Source: a virus (taxonomy: Duplodnaviria; Caudoviricetes). From it: DNA of 36,738 nt. Positions 26,314 through 34,501 of the stretch are shown here, piece by piece; position 1 is the stretch's first letter, and each line of letters opens with the position of its first letter. The notes under the pieces are model-generated. The model did no database searches. It saw only the letters and a program-made list of their open reading frames with translations, and had not been told where the DNA came from. Both the position numbers and the translations under genes were made by a program. Location: positions 1-36,738 of IMG/VR virus record IMGVR_UViG_3300032277_002806, one strand, 5' to 3'.

Positions 26314-26663
26314 CTTTGCGTCCCCGCAGAGGTTGCTGTGCTTCTCTTCTCCGCTGATCGCCTCTCCAGAGGCTGGTTCAACAATATGGAGACTCATTCT
26401 TCTGTTGCAAGTCGGCATGCTCGCTCGATTTGTGCTGGCGTCCAAGTTTTGCCTCCCTTCGGGTCTCCAAAACATATACCAGGGCAGGCCGATTGTCTAA
26501 CCCCGTTCGCTGAGGCCGGCTCGACACCCACCTCCAGTGTAGGAGCGCCGGCGCCTACCCCTGTCCGGGCTGAGCCCTTCTCCCCCTGCGCGGCCTGCCC
26601 CTGTCCGGGCGGCTGCGAGCTGTATGGCTGCGCTCTGCGCCCTCTCACCGACAAGGGGGCACA

Positions 26664-27236
26664 GTGACCACCTCTCAACTCCGCTGGGGCTGGCAGGCCC
26701 GGTACGAGCTGTGGTCTTGCGCGCGCCCTGGGGACCAGCTCGCCAGGGACCTGACTCCCTCCATGCGCCAGGCGCTGGCTCTTCTCGCGCCACAAGCACC
26801 GAACACCTCGGCGCCACGGGTCCAGACCCGCGCAGTGAACGTGCATGCCACCACGATCCACGCACTGAACGAGCGAGGGTTGTGTGTCTGGGCTCGCTGG
26901 GGTGAGCGGGTGGCTCGCCTCACCCCCCCAGGGGTGAAAATCGCTCACCGCCTGAACTGCGATTCAGGGCCCACCCCGGCCTGCCTGGTGGGCTTGCCGC
27001 CCGCGAGCACGCGCCTCTTGGAGCGGTTGAGAGACACGATCGTCAAAGCCGCTCCCGGGGTTCGCTTCTGGATTCCCGCGCACGTCTCCCCCTCCCGGGC
27101 CCTCTCGCGCCGCGGGTTGGTCGAGTTCCGCCCGCGGCGCCGGCGGCGCGCTGACCCGTACCCGAAAGGCTGGTCGGTCGAGGTCTGCGCCACGCCCGAC
27201 GCCATCGAGCTCCTCTTCCCCCGAGGTCCGCAGTGA
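26664..27236 (+). CDS. Tandem winged-helix-like protein, paralogue A
   Basis: LTPSMRQAL...TTIHALNERGL...RLTPPG plus a second similar unit; similar to next gene. Confidence 0.65.
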   Translation: MTTSQLRWGWQARYELWSCARPGDQLARDLTPSMRQALALLAPQAPNTSAPRVQTRAVNVHATTIHALNERGLCVWARWGERVARLTPPGVKIAHRLNCDSGPTPACLVGLPPASTRLLERLRDTIVKAAPGVRFWIPAHVSPSRALSRRGLVEFRPRRRRRADPYPKGWSVEVCATPDAIELLFPRGPQ

Positions 27237-27730
27237 ACCCCATCCGCCTCGACCGCCTGTCTGCCCTCCAGCAGCAGGCCCTGGCCACCCTGGCGAACGG
27301 CCCCACCTGGTGCGCCACGGCGTCGGTCGGGCTCCACCCCAGCACGATCAACGCGCTGTACCGCCTGGGCCTGGTCGAGCGCCGCCGAACGACCGGCGCG
27401 CTGGAGGCCAGCCTGACCAGCCTCGGGTCCAACTTCGCGGCCCAGCTCCACGGCGCCCCCTGCGCCCCCTGCGCCGAGCTGGAGCTGGACCTGACGCCCG
27501 CGCAGGAGGAGTTGATCACCCGGCTCCAGAACAGCCGCCCCGGCGCCTGGGTGCCCGCTGACCCCCGCTCCGCTCGCGTCCTGGCCCGGGAGGGTGGAGT
27601 CGCCGTCAGGCCCCGCAGCCCCCAGGACATTGCGACCAGCCCCTACCCCCGCCGTTGGACCGTCGAGGTCCAGCTTCGATTCGTCCGGGTCGCCTTGACG
27701 CGCCCCACCCTCTCCAGGAGAGCAGCATGA
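27233..27730 (+). CDS. Tandem winged-helix-like protein, paralogue B
   Basis: LSALQQQAL...STINALYRLGLV...SLTSLG; GTGA coupling. Confidence 0.65.
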   Translation: MNPIRLDRLSALQQQALATLANGPTWCATASVGLHPSTINALYRLGLVERRRTTGALEASLTSLGSNFAAQLHGAPCAPCAELELDLTPAQEELITRLQNSRPGAWVPADPRSARVLAREGGVAVRPRSPQDIATSPYPRRWTVEVQLRFVRVALTRPTLSRRAA

Positions 27731-28659
27731 GCAGCCTGCCCGATCCCTCCACGACCCTTCGCCGCAACACACCGGGCCACCGCCCCGGCTTCGAAGCCCG
27801 GCCCCTGCGGGACTTCCCGGAGGCACGCGACCCCGACGGGTGGGTCTGGGGACCGTTCGTCACCGTCGACATCGGCCCCAGCCTCCTCGACCTGATCGAG
27901 GGGCTCCAGCTCTGCTGGGCGCTCCAGCGCTCCGGGCGGGTCCGCTGCGCCCTCCCGCTCGTCGGAGGCGACCCCGAGCGCCGGCGCTTCATGGCGCGGG
28001 TGGGCCTCGTCCACCCCGACGCCCACAACGCCCCCACGCCGCTGATCCCGTACTTCGACGACATGGTGGGCCCCTGGGGGCCGCGCGCCCCGGAGCACCC
28101 GCGACTCCTGTGGGCGTGCGCTGTGCTGGGGGTTCCGCTCGACGCGCTGAACGGGCCCCTGCTCACCCGCCCCAACCCGATCCAGGGCCCCTTCTTCGGG
28201 CCGACCGGGGGCTCCCCTCGCGCGCCCCGCGTGCTGGTCGCGCCCGGCGGAGAGAAGGAGCTGCACGCCGCTGCCCACGAGCTCCAAGACATGGGCGCCA
28301 GGATCTACCTGGCCCGCGACGCCCTGCTGCCCCCAGAAGACCGACCGCCCGTGACCCCGCCGGACGCCGCGCTGCTCGCGCTCTTCGGCTTGCTCCGAGA
28401 GGCCGACTTCGTGATCAGCAGCGACGCCGCGCTGACGGCGATCGCCGCGACCTGGGGCACGCCCACCGCGGACTTCTCCGGCGCCCCCTGCGCCTCCTGG
28501 GACGTGGCCGGCGTCGCGCTGGACAGGCTCCGCCCCTTCTTCGCCAGCGAACTGGACCGCTGCGGGTGGACCGACGAGGGGCCCCCCACCGTGGCGGAGT
28601 CCGCCTACTGGGTCTTCCGCACGCCCCTCCGCCCCTCCGCGCCGGAGGCGACGCCGTGA
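27727..28659 (+). CDS. GT9 (heptosyltransferase)-like GT-B fold protein (310 aa), divergent
   Basis: LLREADFVISSDAALTAIAATWGTPT matches the GT9 C-terminal signature, but DSG..H is degenerate. Confidence 0.55.
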   Translation: MSSLPDPSTTLRRNTPGHRPGFEARPLRDFPEARDPDGWVWGPFVTVDIGPSLLDLIEGLQLCWALQRSGRVRCALPLVGGDPERRRFMARVGLVHPDAHNAPTPLIPYFDDMVGPWGPRAPEHPRLLWACAVLGVPLDALNGPLLTRPNPIQGPFFGPTGGSPRAPRVLVAPGGEKELHAAAHELQDMGARIYLARDALLPPEDRPPVTPPDAALLALFGLLREADFVISSDAALTAIAATWGTPTADFSGAPCASWDVAGVALDRLRPFFASELDRCGWTDEGPPTVAESAYWVFRTPLRPSAPEATP

Positions 28660-29012
28660 ACGCCACCACCCACAGCGCCGCCTCGCGCCGGCGCCGTCGC
28701 TCCTACCAGTCCAGCGTCGCCGGGCGGGTGGCTGCCTGCAGCTCTGTCCGCGCCGACTACCTCCGCGACAGCGGCCAGGACGCCCACGCCAGCGCCGACG
28801 ACCTCGAGCAGGCCGCCGCGGCGCTGCGGGAGCTCGACCACCGGCACGCCGCGCTCAGCGCCCTGCTCGTCGAACTCCAGGCCACCCAACCTGACCTCGG
28901 CTCCATTGACCACCCAGGCGCCTGGATCGTGGCGAGGGAGCGCCGGCGCGCGATCGCTGCGCTGGAGTCCCTCGTCGCCCTGGGCACACCTCAACAACGA
29001 GAGCTGACATGA
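28656..29012 (+). CDS. Hypothetical helical protein (118 aa)
   Basis: GGAGG RBS, GTGA overlap. Confidence 0.65.
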   Translation: MNATTHSAASRRRRRSYQSSVAGRVAACSSVRADYLRDSGQDAHASADDLEQAAAALRELDHRHAALSALLVELQATQPDLGSIDHPGAWIVARERRRAIAALESLVALGTPQQRELT

Positions 29013-29257
29013 GACGCAGACAGCAGGAGCGCTCCGCGGAGCGCGAGATAGCGGACAAGATCACAACCATCCGAATCGCTTTGGCAGCGGCTGAGAGTGA
29101 GGCCGCCACCGCAGGCGGCTACGCGCGCCGGGCGCAGATCGAAGCGGAACGCGCCCAGGGCTGCGCCCGTAGGGCTGAGGCGAGCGTCCAGAAGGCGCTG
29201 GAGGCGCTGGAGGCGCTGGAGGCCCTGGGCACGCCCGAGCAGCGGGAGCTGACGTGA
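29009..29257 (+). CDS. Coiled-coil hypothetical protein (82 aa)
   Basis: ATGA overlap; same C-terminal tail as previous gene. Confidence 0.65.
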   Translation: MRRRQQERSAEREIADKITTIRIALAAAESEAATAGGYARRAQIEAERAQGCARRAEASVQKALEALEALEALGTPEQRELT

Positions 29258-29487
29258 GCCGCTCTTCGAAGCCCCGCCGCCCTGGCTCTCGCACCGACCG
29301 TGGGCGCATGACCCTGATCTTCGGGCGCTGGCTCCCCGCAGCCACGTTCAAGGAGCACACGGCCAGCTGCGACCCGCTCGAGCCCGCCAACCCCGACCAC
29401 CAGACCGCCCTCCAGCGCGCCGGCCTCCGAGGTCGCGCCCCGACACCAGGGTCTGCCCTGGCCCGGGCCATGAGCCGGAGCCGCTGA
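29254..29487 (+). CDS. Hypothetical protein (77 aa)
   Basis: GTGA overlap, operon packing. Confidence 0.55.
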   Translation: MSRSSKPRRPGSRTDRGRMTLIFGRWLPAATFKEHTASCDPLEPANPDHQTALQRAGLRGRAPTPGSALARAMSRSR

Positions 29488-29489
29488 CC

Positions 29490-30281
29490 ATGCCCACCGT
29501 CGACGATCTTCTCGCACAGGCCGAGGCCGAGCTGGCCGACACCCTGGGCACCCTCCAGCGCCAGAAGGTCCGCGTGGAGATCCTCCGCGAGGTCGCCGCG
29601 CTGACCTCAGACGCGCCCCCAGCTCCGACGACGGCGCCGCCTGTGGTGTGCCGCCCGCGCCTTGCGGCCCAGCCTGCGGCCCAGGTCGCCGTCCGCTACG
29701 GCGGGTTGAGCCACCAGGTCCACTCCGTGCTCTCCCACCGGGGGCCGCTGCGGGTCAAGACGATCGCCCAGCGCATGGGGCGCCCCTCCAACCAGATCTC
29801 CAAGATCCTCTCCGACGGGCGAATGAAGCTGTTCGAGCGGACCAGCGAGGCGAAGTTCGCCCCCTGGCAGGCGATCCCCGGGGTGCTCTCGCTGCTGCCA
29901 GATCCGACCCCGGAGCCCGTCCCCCAACGCCTCCCCCCCGGCCCGCAGCCGGCGCCGCGGGGCACGTCGCGGCCCATACCCCCCGACGCCCGACCGACGC
30001 CGACAGAGCCGGCAGGGTGGTTCACAGTCCGAGAGGATCCCACCGGGCGCCGGTACCGGCGAACCGGGCTGACCTGGCGGATCCACCGCGTCCTGTTCGC
30101 TGACCCGTTTCCGCTCTCCGCCCGAGACCTCGGGCGCCAGCTCCAGGCGACGACGACCAACGTCCAGACCGCGCTGGAGAACGGCGAGGGGATCTGGTTC
30201 GAGCGAGACGAAGAGCGACAGCGGCTGTGGAAGGCGCTGTTCGTCGAGACCACCCCGGCCCTGTCCCGGAGCACCTCGTGA
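29490..30281 (+). CDS. Coiled coil + two winged-helix repeats (263 aa)
   Basis: GLSHQVHSVL..GPLRVKTIAQRM...LFER...W versus GLTWRIHRVL..PLSARDLGRQL...WFER...W; Pro-rich linkers. Confidence 0.7.
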   Translation: MPTVDDLLAQAEAELADTLGTLQRQKVRVEILREVAALTSDAPPAPTTAPPVVCRPRLAAQPAAQVAVRYGGLSHQVHSVLSHRGPLRVKTIAQRMGRPSNQISKILSDGRMKLFERTSEAKFAPWQAIPGVLSLLPDPTPEPVPQRLPPGPQPAPRGTSRPIPPDARPTPTEPAGWFTVREDPTGRRYRRTGLTWRIHRVLFADPFPLSARDLGRQLQATTTNVQTALENGEGIWFERDEERQRLWKALFVETTPALSRSTS

Positions 30282-30314
30282 ACGCCGCCCAACTCCCCGA
30301 GGAGGACTGAGCCC

Positions 30315-30599
30315 ATGCTGCGTCGTGTAGCCGTCACCGTGGCGATCGCCGTAGCCGTGGGCTGCGCACTGCCCGGGGCCCCCATGGCGGTTCGGCTCGC
30401 CGTCGTTGTGATCCTCGCCGTAGCCGTGGCCGGTGCGCATGCCGTGTTGCTTGCGCTGGAGCCCTTGGAACTACCTGGGTGGCTCGCCGGCGCCCTCGGG
30501 CTCGTCGTGTGCTTCGCCGGGGCTGTCGTCGGCGCCCTCGAGTTGCTCGTCGTCGTGGCGGCTGCGCCTACCGGACCACCATGGGGGCTTGGGATCTGA
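30315..30599 (+). CDS. Small hydrophobic membrane protein (94 aa)
   Basis: GGAGG upstream; about three hydrophobic segments; TGATG overlap with xis. Confidence 0.55.
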   Translation: MLRRVAVTVAIAVAVGCALPGAPMAVRLAVVVILAVAVAGAHAVLLALEPLELPGWLAGALGLVVCFAGAVVGALELLVVVAAAPTGPPWGLGI

Positions 30600-31078
30600 T
30601 GAACCTCGGCGCGCGAGTCGTGGAGCTCCTGGAGCAGATCGTCGCCCAGGTGAACGCCGGCGCCCCGCCGCCGGCGCTCCTGACGCCCCACGCCTGCGAT
30701 CTGTGGCTCGGCCGCCGCCAGGGCTGGACCCGCGAACAGATCCGCGCTGGCACGATCCCCGCCTACGACCTCGGCGGCGCCCGGGGGTATCGTCTGGTGC
30801 CCGCTGAAGTACTCGCTGCCCTCCCGCGGGCTGGAGGTCGCCATGCCCAGGAAGAAGACCGTCTCGATCCGAACCGACCGCCGACGCCTGGACCCGGAGA
30901 CCGGAGCGCCCTACAGAACGCTCCGCTGGACCGATCCGACGACCGGCCAGCGCAGCAGCAAGGCCCTGGGGTATCTGAGCGACCTCGAGGCCGAGGACGC
31001 CGCCGAGGACCAGCGCGCTCGCCTGCGGCTGAATCTCGCCTCCGCGAGTACAGACGTCAGCGGGATCGTGACCGTTGA
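30599..31078 (+). CDS. Excisionase-like (HTH_17/MerR-type) protein; frame runs 236 nt into int
   Basis: LLTPHACDLWLGRRQGWTREQIRAGTIPAYDLGGARGYRL pattern; directly upstream of integrase. Confidence 0.7.
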   Translation: MNLGARVVELLEQIVAQVNAGAPPPALLTPHACDLWLGRRQGWTREQIRAGTIPAYDLGGARGYRLVPAEVLAALPRAGGRHAQEEDRLDPNRPPTPGPGDRSALQNAPLDRSDDRPAQQQGPGVSERPRGRGRRRGPARSPAAESRLREYRRQRDRDR

Positions 31079-32066
31079 CGAACTCGTCGAGCGCTTCATC
31101 GCCGAGGGGCTGCACGGTGGACACGAGCACATCCGCGCCTCCCTGAGCCGTCTCGGCCACCTCGGGCGCCTGCTGGGCGAGACCCGCGTCGATCAGATGA
31201 GCACTGCCGTCCTCCGGCGGTACCAGGCCCAGCGCAAGCGCGAGGTGACCCGCCTCGGCGCTCCGACCGCCTCCTACTCGGTCCACACCGAGGTCAGCCA
31301 GCTCCGCACCGCCTGGCGGTGGGCTCGCCAGGTCGGCCTGGTCACGCAGGAGCCGCCGCCGTCGCCGTCGCGGGCCACGCTGGAGAACGACGCCCGCCCG
31401 CCCCGGTGCCTGACCGAGGGCGAACTCCGCCAGATCCTCGAGCTGGCCCGAGAGCTCTGGGGGGAGGACGCCGCGATGCCTCGCCTCCTGCAGTTCACCG
31501 CCTGGTGCCCCCGGCGCCCGAAGGCGATCGGTGAACTCCGGCGAGAGGACTGCGCGCGGGTGCTCGATCCGGCGCTCCCTCGGGCCAGTCAGCTCGTCTA
31601 CTGGCGGGCGGACAAGGGCGGGGAGGGGAGGGGCTGGGGCCCGATCCCAGAGCCGGCGCGGCGCGCGCTGGTCGCCCAGCTCCAGGCTACCGCGGAGGAC
31701 GCAGCCCCGGACGATCGAGTCTGGACCACGCCGAAGGGCCTGCCCCTGGCGTCGACCCGCTGGGGCAGCTACCGGCAGCGGATCCAGAAGCACCTGGCTG
31801 AGAAGATCGAGGCGGCCCGGGCCGAGGGGCGCACCCCACCAGCGGCGATCCCGAAGTGGACCACCTACGACCTACGGAAGTTCGGCGCCTGGCAGGTCTA
31901 CCAGCGCTGCAACAACCTGCTGATCACCGCCCGCTACACCGGGCACACCGACCCGGCGACGCTGCTCAAGCACTACCTGGCGGCCTGGCCAGGCAGCGCC
32001 GAGGACCTCGCTGAGGCCATTGACTGGACGCCCGAGATCCTCCCGCTCCGAGCTGTGAGCGGGTGA
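30843..32066 (+). CDS. int: Tyrosine integrase (407 aa)
   Basis: Arm-binding-like N-terminus; catalytic set R (CPRRP), K (DKG), YDLRK, TGH, Y (LKHY); GGAGG RBS. Confidence 0.88.
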   Translation: MPRKKTVSIRTDRRRLDPETGAPYRTLRWTDPTTGQRSSKALGYLSDLEAEDAAEDQRARLRLNLASASTDVSGIVTVDELVERFIAEGLHGGHEHIRASLSRLGHLGRLLGETRVDQMSTAVLRRYQAQRKREVTRLGAPTASYSVHTEVSQLRTAWRWARQVGLVTQEPPPSPSRATLENDARPPRCLTEGELRQILELARELWGEDAAMPRLLQFTAWCPRRPKAIGELRREDCARVLDPALPRASQLVYWRADKGGEGRGWGPIPEPARRALVAQLQATAEDAAPDDRVWTTPKGLPLASTRWGSYRQRIQKHLAEKIEAARAEGRTPPAAIPKWTTYDLRKFGAWQVYQRCNNLLITARYTGHTDPATLLKHYLAAWPGSAEDLAEAIDWTPEILPLRAVSG

Positions 32067-32070
32067 TTTT

Positions 32071-32252
32071 TGGGCGCAGATCTGGGCGCAAGCCTCGTAA
32101 CTGTCTGCAATGAGTGGCTATCCCAATTTGATCTTGACCAACTGTTCAACACTCGAAGTTCAATAATTACAGTTGGTTGGATTCTGGTTGGCTCGCTGAA
32201 TCACCCAGAAAACGCCCCTCTCGGCCCCAGCAATGGGCGCAAAGTGGGCGCA
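32071..32252. other. Probable attP
   Basis: AT-rich segment after int flanked by paired TGGGCGCA repeats (32071, 32083; 32234, 32245); central inverted repeat ACCAACTGT (32137) / ACAGTTGGT (32169). Confidence 0.7.
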
Positions 32253-32338
32253 CATGTTTACGGCGCTGTAGACGATATTTGCTCAGCGATCATAGATAGG
32301 CGCCCCACCCAGGCGACTCACACCCTACGATCCAGGGC

Positions 32339-32665
32339 ATGTCCGATCAGCGCCTGACCCTGTACGGCCACCTCGCGCGCCAGCGACGCGACGCGCAGGC
32401 CCACGCCCGAGCGGCGCACGTCCAAGGCCGGGGGGCCGAGGAGGCAATCTGGCAGGCGCTCGCGCTGCGTTGCCTTGAGGAGATGTGGCTGATCGACATG
32501 GTCGAGGGGGCGGAGCCGGCGCCCTGGGATGAAGAGGCGCTGAGGCAGGCCAGGGCCGAGCGGGCGCCGCTGCGCAGCCCGTCGTTGCGGCTCGTCGCCG
32601 CGGTGGCGCTCCTGAGCGCTCTCGGGGGCGCTGCGCTGGCGCTGGCTATCGCTTCCAGCGTCTGA
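32339..32665 (+). CDS. Hypothetical protein with C-terminal transmembrane helix (108 aa)
   Basis: ATG start, hydrophobic C-terminus; lies just beyond attP. Confidence 0.6.
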   Translation: MSDQRLTLYGHLARQRRDAQAHARAAHVQGRGAEEAIWQALALRCLEEMWLIDMVEGAEPAPWDEEALRQARAERAPLRSPSLRLVAAVALLSALGGAALALAIASSV

Positions 32666-32960
32666 ACACCGAGAGCCGTTGTGCGTCGGGCAGGCTGCTC
32701 CAGCGGCTGCCCCAGGCGTCGGACAAAATCGCCTCGAACGCGGGCCGGTCGTCGTCGGTGGCCTCGGTGTTCAGATCGGCCCAGACCTCCGTCAGGGTGC
32801 GCGAGGTCGGGCTGTAGTCCGCGTCAGTGTTCAGGAACGTCTCGTCTATGTTCGCCGAGCCCCGGTGGATGTGGATGCCCAGCGAGAGGCAGGTGAGCGC
32901 GCCGGCGGCGCTCACGCGAATGTGGTCCTCGCGCTCGACGTTGTCTTCAGCTTGTCCCAT
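32646..32960 (-). CDS. Hypothetical protein (104 aa), last gene of late unit
   Basis: 2 nt after previous stop, GAGG RBS. Confidence 0.6.
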   Translation of the reverse strand: MGQAEDNVEREDHIRVSAAGALTCLSLGIHIHRGSANIDETFLNTDADYSPTSRTLTEVWADLNTEATDDDRPAFEAILSDAWGSRWSSLPDAQRLSVFRRWKR

Positions 32961-32962
32961 GG

Positions 32963-33169
32963 TCAGTGATCCTCGGTAGCGTAGAGAGGGGGCGGGGGTG
33001 GACGGCCTTCTACCACTTCGCGCGCGCGCTCGTGCAGCTGACGCGCTCGCGCGACGCCGTCGCGCCCCAGGCGACCGGAGAACGTCGCGCGCTCCGGGCC
33101 CGGGACTCGGCTCTCCAGCGTCAACAGCCCGAGATCCAGAAGCGCTCGGACGCGCGCCCGATCGCTCAT
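32963..33169 (-). CDS. Hypothetical protein (68 aa)
   Basis: ATGA overlap, GAGG RBS. Confidence 0.55.
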   Translation of the reverse strand: MSDRARVRALLDLGLLTLESRVPGPERATFSGRLGRDGVARARQLHERAREVVEGRPPPPPLYATEDH

Positions 33170-33672
33170 GGGGTCGCCTCGCAGCGCCAGGCCTCGACGA
33201 GCGCCACCAGGTCGCCGGCGCTCAGCAGCCCCAGGGCGAGCGCTGCGAACGCCAGCGCGACCAGCGCCCCGCGCCAGGTCGAGACCAGCGCCGCGATCCC
33301 GGTCGCTGCGCGCCAGAACTGTCCGCGCGCCTGGGCGAGTTCGCTGGCGGCGCCGATGTGCACCCGGATGTCCTCGCGGAGATCCGCGAGGCCGCCCGTC
33401 GCCAGCGCAGCAGCCTCGACGATCGACTGCTGCCCCCCCGATTCCAGGAGGAGATCGTAGAGTTGCTCGGCGTCGGCCTGGGCAGACGCGGCGAGTTCCA
33501 GCGCCGCCTGCAGGTCAGCGAGCGCCGGCGGTTCCTGTCGGGCGGCCCGATCGCCAGCGAGCGCGCGCAGCCCCGCGAGCTGCTCGACTCGGGCTCGGGC
33601 GTCGCCTGGTCGGTAGACCTGATCGAGGATTGAGAGAATCCTCGGGGATCCGGTCGCCTCCGCTTCAGTCAC
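33166..33672 (-). CDS. Helical protein with C-terminal transmembrane segment (holin/lysis accessory candidate)
   Basis: Coiled-coil N-part, GALVALAFAALALGLL; lysis-region position. Confidence 0.5.
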   Translation of the reverse strand: MTEAEATGSPRILSILDQVYRPGDARARVEQLAGLRALAGDRAARQEPPALADLQAALELAASAQADAEQLYDLLLESGGQQSIVEAAALATGGLADLREDIRVHIGAASELAQARGQFWRAATGIAALVSTWRGALVALAFAALALGLLSAGDLVALVEAWRCEATP

Positions 33673-34102
33673 GCGGCAACCGGCGGAGCTCGGCGAGCGG
33701 GGCGGTGACTTCGACGGCGATCAGCCACGCCCCGCCGCCGGGGGTCGGCCCCGCCAGCGTCAGGTAGTCGAGGCTCTTGGCGGGCCCGTCGACGGCGCCG
33801 GGGTGGATCCGGGCGCCCTCCCGACCAGCGAGCGCGTCGCGCCAGACCGCCAGCGGCGCGCCCTGCAGGATCTGCCCGAGGTCCTGCCCGAGCAGGGTGC
33901 TCTCGCGAAACGCGGCGTCGCCGATCGCCCCGCCGGCGCAGGCGAGGACGCGCCCGTCGGCGCCGGCGGTCTGGACCCCGATCGGGGCCGACTCCAGGGC
34001 GCTGATCAGCTGCGCGGCGTCGTGCCCTCGGCGGCGCTGGCGGATCTGGTGCTGGAGCCAGGCCAGTGCGAGGCCGAGCGCGAGGCCGAGCAGGTAGTCC
34101 AC
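33665..34102 (-). CDS. Membrane-anchored stand-alone PAS-domain protein (145 aa)
   Basis: N-terminal TM YLLGLALGLALAWL then RQRRR; LESAPIGVQTAGADGRVL...LLGQDLGQIL...DALAG...LIAVEVT follows the PAS consensus. Confidence 0.7.
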   Translation of the reverse strand: MDYLLGLALGLALAWLQHQIRQRRRGHDAAQLISALESAPIGVQTAGADGRVLACAGGAIGDAAFRESTLLGQDLGQILQGAPLAVWRDALAGREGARIHPGAVDGPAKSLDYLTLAGPTPGGGAWLIAVEVTAPLAELRRLPRD

Positions 34103-34419
34103 TACGCCGCCCGGGCCTTGCGGAGGTCGCGGAAGACCATGCCGAACCCGGAGATGATCCGCTGCTCCGCCGCCTCGCCGACGACATCGACGCCCTTCAC
34201 CCGGGCGCGGATGTCGACGTCCGCGGCGATCTGGCGCGCCATCTCGTCGATCTCGGCGTCGGTCGCGTTGATGTCGATGTCGCTGACCTCGTCGTAGATG
34301 GTCGGGAGCTTGCGGAGGATCTGCCCGACGGGGCGAGCGAAGCGCGGGCCATCTTCGGCGAGCTCGGCGAGCAGCTCGACGGCGGGGAGGGTGTAGCGGA
34401 TGAGCTTGCTGATCATCAT
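34102..34419 (-). CDS. Hypothetical protein (105 aa)
   Basis: GGAG RBS before ATG 34419; 1-nt overlap with PAS gene. Confidence 0.65.
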   Translation of the reverse strand: MMISKLIRYTLPAVELLAELAEDGPRFARPVGQILRKLPTIYDEVSDIDINATDAEIDEMARQIAADVDIRARVKGVDVVGEAAEQRIISGFGMVFRDLRKARAA

Positions 34420-34465
34420 GGGGGCTCCAGGTTGTGACCGCGGTTGTCGCGGCGGGGCTATGGGC

Positions 34466-34489
34466 GCCGATCTGGACAACCAGATCGGC
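34466..34489. terminator. Intergenic hairpin GCCGATCTGG-acaa-CCAGATCGGC
   Basis: 10-bp perfect stem 12 nt after the stop at 34502; no U-tract. Confidence 0.45.
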
Positions 34490-34501
34490 AACCCGGGAGG
34501 C

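Noticed and set aside
26505-26555. tRNA/tmRNA-like fragment (gccggctcgacacccacctcca) with a possible hairpin
   Set aside because: No cloverleaf or canonical GTTCRA arm could be built; a covariance search would be needed.
30315-30599. Holin
   Set aside because: Hydrophobic, but in the early operon on the opposite strand to the lysin; left as an unknown membrane protein.
32070-32357. 95-aa ORF after the integrase
   Set aside because: TTG start without RBS, atypical codons, and it overlies the att-like repeats.
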